Shown here: piece by piece, positions 58,098-64,000 of the stretch
How positions within the stretch are numbered: position 1 is the first letter of the stretch
How the letters are laid out: each line of letters starts with the position of its first letter
Assembly: GCA_027306925.1 (NCBI GenBank)
Contig: DAHUXW010000083.1
Coordinates: forward strand, 11,609 to 75,608
Length of the DNA stretch: 64,000 nucleotides
Direction of reading: 5' to 3'
Source: Acidimicrobiaceae bacterium
GTDB lineage: Bacteria > Actinomycetota > Acidimicrobiia > Acidimicrobiales > Bog-793
Notes under the pieces: generated by a model
What the model was told of the DNA's origin: nothing
Database searches by the model: none
The model's input: the letters and a program-made list of their open reading frames with translations, nothing else
Translations under genes and position numbers: made by a program

Positions 58098-59194
58098 CCT
58101 CCCCGGACGATGCCCCCCGCACGACCGCACGCGTTCTCCACGTCGTCGTCGGCCACGGCCTTCCCACGTACTTCCTGAACGCGGTGCGATCCGTTCGTGA
58201 CGTCGCCGGGGGCGACGACCTGTTGATCATCGACAACGCGAGCCCACAACCCTTCCTGCGGGCCGAGCTCGAGCGCTTCTCCGCGGAGCGAGAAGGCACG
58301 TGGCTAAGGCTTCTCGACGTGAACGACGTCGACCGCAACGGCAAGGTCGGGAGCCTGTACGACGCGTACGCGGTCGCGTTCGCCGAGGCGAACGCGCGGA
58401 ACTACGACCTCCTGCACCTCGTCCAAGCCGACTTCCAGGTCCTGTGGTGGGATGCGGACGTCGTCGCGAAGGCGATGGAGATCTACCGACGCCACCCACG
58501 GTGCGTCAACATCTACACCGCGCTCCTGTCGTCGGACAAGCGCTTCGGGGACGGCCTCGGGACCTCGGGCGAAGACGCCAATCGGATGCTTCTTCACTAC
58601 GGGCTCACCGACACGGGGCTATTCCATCTGGCGCGCTGGCGCGAGCTCGGCCTCGCGTTCGACGAGGACGAGTCTTTGCACGCAGCGTCGGCGCGAGACG
58701 CCGGACTGGAGGTCTTGTGCCACCCGTGGCCGACCGACGCGCCGATCCCGTGGCCCGCCGTGGTCCGCCGTGGTACCACCCGCGGTCACGAAGTGCGCTC
58801 GACCATGCCCTATCTGCTCAAGCCCCTGGATCCCACCGAGGTCGCGGCCGTCAAGAGCCCTGGAAGCGACACATGGCTCGAGGACGTCTGCGTCCCCTGG
58901 GGGTGGGCATGCCTGACACCGATGTGGACCACGAGCCTCGACACGATCGACTACTGGGTCTGCCGCTACCGAGACGCGCGGCGCAACGGACTGCGGGGGC
59001 TCGTTCCGCGCCTCGAGACACGCGGGGTCGACTGGCGTGATGCGCTCCGCCACCGCCAGCTCGTCGGCGTCCGGCCGTCGCCCGTGCAGCTGCTGCTCGC
59101 AGTCCCGGCGCGCGAGCTCGCTCGACGACTGCGCGCGTGGCGCGAACGCAGGTCGCACGGTCAAATCACTCCAGGCGGCGACCGTCGGGCGTGA
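58094..59194 (+). CDS. Divergent GT-A-like glycosyltransferase (GT2-like N-terminal half) with a Trp/Cys-rich C-terminal extension
   Basis: VLHVVVGHGLPTYFLNAVRSV....LLIIDNASP parallels the GT2 pattern (V.IPTYN....L...L.S....IIVVDN.S). Overlaps the LmbE stop by 4 nt with a TTG start. Confidence 0.45.
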   Translation: MTSPDDAPRTTARVLHVVVGHGLPTYFLNAVRSVRDVAGGDDLLIIDNASPQPFLRAELERFSAEREGTWLRLLDVNDVDRNGKVGSLYDAYAVAFAEANARNYDLLHLVQADFQVLWWDADVVAKAMEIYRRHPRCVNIYTALLSSDKRFGDGLGTSGEDANRMLLHYGLTDTGLFHLARWRELGLAFDEDESLHAASARDAGLEVLCHPWPTDAPIPWPAVVRRGTTRGHEVRSTMPYLLKPLDPTEVAAVKSPGSDTWLEDVCVPWGWACLTPMWTTSLDTIDYWVCRYRDARRNGLRGLVPRLETRGVDWRDALRHRQLVGVRPSPVQLLLAVPARELARRLRAWRERRSHGQITPGGDRRA

Positions 59195-59426
59195 ACCCGC
59201 TAGATCATCCGAAGCCCCGCCCTACGTGCTGGTGATGGTGCGCTCAGAGGATACGTTTGGCGCGTGAGCGCTCCGGGTCACGTGCTCGACCGGACGACGA
59301 TGCAGGAGACCAGGTGACCGAGGGTGCCGCGACCACGCCCGCCGATCGCGCCGCCCGGTCCCTGCGTCACGCGCGACCCCGGCGTCGTCCGGTGCCGCAG
59401 CTGGTCGCGGATCTCGAAGGCGAGAT

Positions 59427-61013
59427 TTGACCACCGTCGACCCCGGCGGGCGCGAGCCGGAAGAGACCGACGTCGTTGCGTCCGGCACGCCGATGTTCGG
59501 GAACATCGTCAGCGGACTCAGCTGGAACACTGGGGGGCAGTTCGCCGCGGTCCTCCTCAACCTCGCGCTGACGCCGTTCCTGCTGGCTCGCCTCGGCGTC
59601 GACCGCTACGGCGTGTTCGCGCTGGTCGCGACCCTCCGCGGCCTGCTGTCGAACATCGACGGCGGACTCGGGCCCACCGGCAACCGGTACTTCGCCGTCC
59701 ATGCGGGCTCCGGCGATCGGCGCTCCACCTCGTCCCTCCTTGTCACCCTGCTCGCGCTGTCGCTCCTCGTCGTCGGCGCGCTCTGCGGCATCGTCGCGCT
59801 CGTCGCTCCACAGCTCACGTCGTACGCGCACACATCGCCGGAGCTCCATCGGGAGGCGGCGCGGCTGTTGCGCGAGTTCATGCCGCTCCTTCTCGTCGGC
59901 ACGCTGCGCGCCGTCTTCCAGCGCATTCTCATCGGGCACCATCGGTGGGCGTATCTCAACGCGTCGGGCACGATCGCGCAGGCGGTGTATGTCGCCGCCT
60001 CGTTCGCCTTCGTCGCAGATGGTCTGTCACTGACAGGTCTCGTCATGGCGAGTGCATGCGACGAGCTCGTCATGGTCGTGAGCGTCCTGTACGCGGCGCG
60101 CAAGTACGTCGACCTTCGCGACTGCCGGCTGATGTCTCGGTCGGAGCTCCGGCCGATCATTCGCTACGCCGTGCGTGTCCAAATCGCCGAAGTAGGTAGC
60201 GCGTTCAACTTCGAGATCGACGGGCTCTTGGTGGCGCTCATATTTCCCGTTAGATATGTGACCTTCTACAGCATCGGGTCGAACATCTCGTCGCAGCTGT
60301 CAGGTATTCCGAGCAACGCGTTGAATCCCATAGGCGTCACACTGTCGCGGACCTTCGGCCGGTTCAACCTCTCGAAGACTTTGGAGGAGTTCGCAGTCAT
60401 CCAGCGGGTGTGGGTTCGGACGATCGCCGCGTTCCCCCTCGTCGGAGCCGTCGCGGTGCTTGTCGGCGTCGATCGATGGCTCGGACCCCAGAATCGCCTC
60501 GCGGGCGTCGTGGCCGCCATCCTGCTCGTGGGCCAGAGCCCGCTGCTCATGAGCGGTGTCATGGACGTGCTCGGTAAGGCGGCCAACCTCCCCGGCCTCG
60601 AATCCAGATATCTCGGGGTCGGCATGATCGTGAACGTCGCATTCACCATCCCACTCGCGCTTCTCATCGGGATGCTCGGTGTCCCGATCGGCACCGCCCT
60701 CGGTCAGATCACGAGCAGCATCTACTTCCTGCGCATCGCGCGCCGTCAGATCGATCCCGACCTGCCCAGCTTCGTACCCGATTTCCCGGTCGTCCCCGTC
60801 CTGCTCGCGATCGGTGTGACCGCGCTCTTCGAGGTCGGGGCCTTCGAGATCGCACCGCGCGGCGCCCTCGGGCTCATGACGTGTGCCGTCCCCGCGTGTA
60901 TCGGTCTGGGCACGTACGCGCTCACGACCCTGGGGAGGGAGAGGAGCGTTCGCGGCGCGCGTGAGCTCGCTCTCGCGGTGCGCGGTCTCCGCCGCGAGAA
61001 CAGCACCGGCTGA
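59427..61013 (+). CDS. Wzx-type polysaccharide flippase (MOP superfamily)
   Basis: About 12-14 TM helices. The N-terminal block is NTGGQFAAVLLNLALTPFLLARLGVDRYGVFALV. GC is locally lower (60.2-60.4 kb). The start may be ATG 59493. Confidence 0.75.
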   Translation: MTTVDPGGREPEETDVVASGTPMFGNIVSGLSWNTGGQFAAVLLNLALTPFLLARLGVDRYGVFALVATLRGLLSNIDGGLGPTGNRYFAVHAGSGDRRSTSSLLVTLLALSLLVVGALCGIVALVAPQLTSYAHTSPELHREAARLLREFMPLLLVGTLRAVFQRILIGHHRWAYLNASGTIAQAVYVAASFAFVADGLSLTGLVMASACDELVMVVSVLYAARKYVDLRDCRLMSRSELRPIIRYAVRVQIAEVGSAFNFEIDGLLVALIFPVRYVTFYSIGSNISSQLSGIPSNALNPIGVTLSRTFGRFNLSKTLEEFAVIQRVWVRTIAAFPLVGAVAVLVGVDRWLGPQNRLAGVVAAILLVGQSPLLMSGVMDVLGKAANLPGLESRYLGVGMIVNVAFTIPLALLIGMLGVPIGTALGQITSSIYFLRIARRQIDPDLPSFVPDFPVVPVLLAIGVTALFEVGAFEIAPRGALGLMTCAVPACIGLGTYALTTLGRERSVRGARELALAVRGLRRENSTG

Positions 61014-61099
61014 CCAGGCGGGTCTCGCGGGTGACACGGGACCGCGGCAAATCGCGCATAGGTGCTGGCTAGGATGCCACGAATGCTCGGAGCTCGGCC

Positions 61100-62230
61100 A
61101 TGACGGGACTGCGGACCCGGATCGTGGCGGTCGTGACCGTCGTGACGCTCGCGGCGGGCCTGGTCGCCGTTGGCACGTCGCTCCCCGTGCCCACGAGCGC
61201 GGCCTCCGGGGGAACGCCTGCCCCGACCGGCACGCCGTCGACACGGCCCCCCGCGCTTGTCCGGGCGGGCGACTCGAAGACGACCTGCATCGACGTGGCA
61301 CTGAAGAACTACGACCTGCCGGCCTCGCTGGCACCGGTGCAGCGAGCGACGCACATCCGCTTCAACTGTCTGGTGACCTACTCGAACGCCGACGTCTCCT
61401 GGGCGGCCTGGGTGTCGCCGTGGATCTTCGGACCGCAGTACGGGTTCAAGCAATGGCTGGCGGCGGACAGGCTCCGGCGGACCATAGTGATCACCCAGAA
61501 TCTCGTTCCGGACAATGTCGACCATCAGGCCGGTTGGGAGGCGCAATGCGCGAGCGGCGCATTTCGTGGCTACGGCCGGCAACTGGCAGCACACCTTATT
61601 CGCAATGGGTTCGGGTACTCGGTCGTCCGCTTGGGTCCCGAGATGAACGGTACGTGGTACTACGACTCGCTCGGCACCACGCCGGAGTCGTGGCACGACT
61701 GGGCCAAGTGCTTCGCGCAGACGGTCGACGCGATGCGGTCGGTGCGAGGCGGTCACTTCTTGTTCGACTGGAACGTGAACGCCGGCTACCGCCCGATCCC
61801 GCTCGCGGCCTACTACCCGGGGGACCGCTACGTCGACATCGTCGGGATCGACGCATACGACTCGCGACCGACCGGCGCGCTTCCGCCGATGTCGTCACCT
61901 CTCCGTTGGACGGAGCTGGTCAACGAACCATACGGCCTCGCGTACGTCTACCGCTTCGCGGCGCGACACGGCAAGCCGCTCAGCTTGCCCGAGTGGGGAT
62001 CGGTGACCCCTCCCGAGGGCGGTGACGACGGCGCGTACGTCGCGCACATCGGCCGGTTCGTCGCGACCCACAACGTCGCGTACCAGGCGTGGTTCGACAC
62101 GCCTTCGAACGGAGTGCTCCAGCTCGACCCCAACACCGCCCCTCGATCGCTCGCCGCGTACGTGACGGCGTTCGGGCCCGGTTCGGTGATCGCCCGCTAC
62201 CAGCAGCGCCTCGACACCGCGCGCTCGTAG
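61100..62230 (+). CDS. Secreted GH26-like family protein, paralogue B
   Basis: It has a signal peptide and a Pro/Thr linker, then RLGPEMNGTWYYD, HFLFDWNVNAGY, VDIVGIDAYD and LPEWG. It is colinear with paralogue A. Confidence 0.6.
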   Translation: MTGLRTRIVAVVTVVTLAAGLVAVGTSLPVPTSAASGGTPAPTGTPSTRPPALVRAGDSKTTCIDVALKNYDLPASLAPVQRATHIRFNCLVTYSNADVSWAAWVSPWIFGPQYGFKQWLAADRLRRTIVITQNLVPDNVDHQAGWEAQCASGAFRGYGRQLAAHLIRNGFGYSVVRLGPEMNGTWYYDSLGTTPESWHDWAKCFAQTVDAMRSVRGGHFLFDWNVNAGYRPIPLAAYYPGDRYVDIVGIDAYDSRPTGALPPMSSPLRWTELVNEPYGLAYVYRFAARHGKPLSLPEWGSVTPPEGGDDGAYVAHIGRFVATHNVAYQAWFDTPSNGVLQLDPNTAPRSLAAYVTAFGPGSVIARYQQRLDTARS

Positions 62231-62255
62231 CGCCCACGCACCGCGACACCGTGGG

Positions 62256-62996
62256 CTAGCCGCGCCCCGCGGCCACCCCTCCCTCGGGACCGTAGACCGT
62301 GCGTGCGCGCCAGAGATCGTTGTAGTTGTTGCCACCGGGAACGTTCGACACTCCACCGTTGGGTCGGCCGCCCACCTTGCCCCTGCCGACGATCCGCTTG
62401 TGCGGGATGACGTACTTGTTCCGCCGGTGCGCGAGCCAGATGTACTCGCCCACCAGGATCTGCAGATCCGGTCCGAGCTTCGCGACCGCGCGACCGAGGA
62501 CGCTCGGACCTGTCGGGAAGTGGGGATCCTTCCCGTAGTAGTCCCGCGAGCAGTTCTCGAGGACCTGTTCGAGGCAGTCGGCCAACAGGATCGAGCCCTG
62601 CCGCGCGAAGAAGTAGTTGTTCGCGACCTTCCAGCTCGTCGCGTCGGAGTTGAGGTCCCGAAAGCCGATGAAGTCCCAGTCACGGGTCTCGGTCAGGGTG
62701 ACGTCCGACACCGAGAGGTCCATGTAGTAGCCGCCGTGGTGCATCACGATGCAGTAGCGGGCGAGATCGGCCTTGTACGCGTACGGGCGAAGGCGGTCGA
62801 ACGCACGCGTGACGTCGGCCCCGAAGTTGTCGGCGATCAGCTGGCGTGTCGGGCCCATCGTCCAGAGGTGGAACCGCCCGGGACCGACCATCGACCGCAG
62901 CGCTCTGCTGTTCGCGGGAAGCGTCTCCGGATCGGGCCCGTCGGAGAACCAGATCTGATGCACGGCTGGCGAGCCGGGATCGGTCACGTCGGGCAC
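62256..62996 (-). CDS. GT32-type glycosyltransferase (Gly_transf_sug / Och1-like DXD-region family)
   Basis: VHQIWFSDGP and YAYKADLARYCIVMHHGGYYMDLS match IHQIW... and KADllRY.iLy..GGiYlDlD. GTG 62996 lies 8 nt after GAGGAG. The track's longer N-terminus (to 63233) is Arg-rich and unlikely to be translated. Confidence 0.62.
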   Translation of the reverse strand: MPDVTDPGSPAVHQIWFSDGPDPETLPANSRALRSMVGPGRFHLWTMGPTRQLIADNFGADVTRAFDRLRPYAYKADLARYCIVMHHGGYYMDLSVSDVTLTETRDWDFIGFRDLNSDATSWKVANNYFFARQGSILLADCLEQVLENCSRDYYGKDPHFPTGPSVLGRAVAKLGPDLQILVGEYIWLAHRRNKYVIPHKRIVGRGKVGGRPNGGVSNVPGGNNYNDLWRARTVYGPEGGVAAGRG

Positions 62997-63352
62997 GGCC
63001 TGCACTCCTCGCACCGCGGCATCGGATCCGGCATCGGTGCCGGCGCGCCGGAGAACGCACAACCTACCATCGCCCGCCGCTCGCCCCTGGCAACCGGCCG
63101 GCGAGGCTCCGCGCGAGGTGTCATCGCGGTTCTCGCGTGCCACCGCCGCACGCAGTGTCGCTCCCATGGCGCCCGGCAGCCGGACGAGCCGGCTCGAACT
63201 CCACGAGCGGCGAGGACCTTCTGACCTGGTCACTGGTCACTGTGCACCGCCTCTGCGGAAGAGTGCCGGAGAGATCGGCGGCTCGCTAAAGCTCACGGTT
63301 CGTGGTGCGTTAGTCTCTCTACGCAGTCTTACGACCGGGAGAGGTGCTTTCG

Positions 63353-64000
63353 ATGAAGCTCGCTTGGCGACGGGCTGCTTCAGCCCCCCGGCGATTGCCA
63401 CGTACCGTGGTCGCGCTGCTCGTGGTGGTGCTCGCCGGGACGACGGTCGCCACGGCGGCCGCGGGTCAAGGCCACCGGCCCGCCCGCACCGGAAACGGGC
63501 CGCTCGCGGGGCTCTGGAGCGTGCTTTCCGTAACCTTGCACAGCGTGGATACGGCCGTGTCCGGCCAGGTGCAAAGCATCCAGCGCGCGGGCTCGACCGG
63601 GTCGGGACCACGCCGTGCGCCGACCGGCGGGCACGGCGGTGGATCGACCACGGCCACCCCGGCGACGACCACTGCACCGCAGACCACGAGCACCACGAGC
63701 ACCACGAGCGTGCCGGCCGGAGGAGGTGGATCGGCCGGAGGAGGTGGATCGGCCGGAGGAGGTGGCGTCGGCGGCGCCACGACGACGACGGCCCCGGCCC
63801 CGACGACGACGGCCGCCGCGACGACGACGACCGCCCTTGCCACGACGACGACCGTGCTTGCCACGACGACGACACCGACCACGACGACCACGAACCCGCC
63901 GAGTACCTCGTCTGGTGTCATCACGGCCGGCAACTCCAAGGCCAACTGCCTCTTCTTCAGCGCGACCAACGGTGTCCTGACGACGAGTCAGCTCAGCGCG
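63353..64000 (+). CDS. Secreted GH26-like family protein, paralogue C (5' part only; long Thr/Gly linker)
   Basis: ATG 63353 follows GGGAGAGG, and the frame stays open to the window end, so it is missing from the ORF track. It has a signal peptide and a low-complexity linker. VITAGNSKANCLFF then matches the mature N-termini of A (VQAGNSKTTCIY) and B (VRAGDSKTTCID). Confidence 0.5.
   Translation, partial: MKLAWRRAASAPRRLPRTVVALLVVVLAGTTVATAAAGQGHRPARTGNGPLAGLWSVLSVTLHSVDTAVSGQVQSIQRAGSTGSGPRRAPTGGHGGGSTTATPATTTAPQTTSTTSTTSVPAGGGGSAGGGGSAGGGGVGGATTTTAPAPTTTAAATTTTALATTTTVLATTTTPTTTTTNPPSTSSGVITAGNSKANCLFFSATNGVLTTSQLSA
63683..63765 (+). repeat. Coding tandem repeats: ACCACGAGC x3 (63683-63709) and an 18-bp unit GCCGGAGGAGGTGGATCG x2.8 (63716-63765)
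   Basis: Read directly from the sequence. They encode TTS-TTS-TTS and AGGGGS-AGGGGS-AGGGG. ACG-rich (Thr) runs follow to about 63900. Confidence 0.85.

Noticed and set aside
59314-59430. 38-codon ORF (VTEGAATTPADRAARSL..LVADLEGEI) whose TGA overlaps the flippase TTG start
   Set aside because: It has no RBS and no recognisable family, and the flippase may really start at ATG 59493. It is too weak to call a gene.
63680-63900. Short tandem repeats that could be mistaken for a CRISPR-like or minisatellite array
   Set aside because: The repeat units are 9-18 bp and contiguous without spacers, and they lie in frame inside an ORF encoding a Thr/Gly linker. This is not a CRISPR architecture.
1-64000. 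Search for mobile elements, prophage genes, defence systems, tRNA/rRNA genes and CRISPR arrays
   Set aside because: I saw no transposase, integrase, recombinase, restriction, Cas or toxin-antitoxin-like ORFs. No intergenic region is long or structured enough to hold a tRNA; I looked for GGTTCGA-type T-arm motifs in the gaps. A tRNAscan or Infernal run would be needed to be definitive.

Overview
This is a very GC-rich bacterial chromosomal segment; third codon positions are almost all G/C. It carries Actinomycetota hallmarks: a complete Pup-proteasome locus (arc-dop-pup-prcB-prcA-pafA) followed by tat genes and helY, a tal/zwf/pgl operon, many GTG starts, frequent 4-nt stop/start overlaps and leaderless-looking starts.

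Gene content in order:
- thiD 5' end (minus strand), a SAM methyltransferase, and gltB-gltD.
- A cupin, UDP-glucose dehydrogenase, and an ATP-grasp gene remnant.
- An orphan protein, a hexapeptide acyltransferase, and a methyl-accepting chemotaxis protein.
- A minus-strand operon tal-pgi-zwf-pgl-LOG/PpnN-like.
- A gamma-glutamyltransferase remnant, three small membrane proteins chained to trmI.
- A 13-gene LacI-associated sugar import/catabolism operon (22.5-35.4 kb), then a ferredoxin.
- The Pup-proteasome locus, lepB, a TatA/B-family gene, tatC and helY.
- A double-length ThyX-like protein, a hyper-acidic DUF4193-type zinc-ribbon protein, a GNAT, a disordered Arg/Gly/Pro-rich protein, and an MsbA-type ABC exporter.
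- From about 53.9 kb, a compositionally more relaxed accessory region: a sortase with a disrupted 5' end, a secreted papain-like protein, an LmbE-type deacetylase, two glycosyltransferases, a Wzx-type flippase, and three paralogous secreted GH26-like proteins.

I found no rRNA, tRNA, CRISPR array, transposase or integrase.

The best candidates for something undescribed are the sugar operon, whose enzyme set fits no single known pathway and which interrupts the trmI-arc neighbourhood, and the terminal glycopolymer island with triplicated hydrolase-like paralogues. Neither is proven novel from sequence alone.

All family calls rest on motif recognition by eye. Start codons are inferred from frame, RBS-like purine runs and overlaps.
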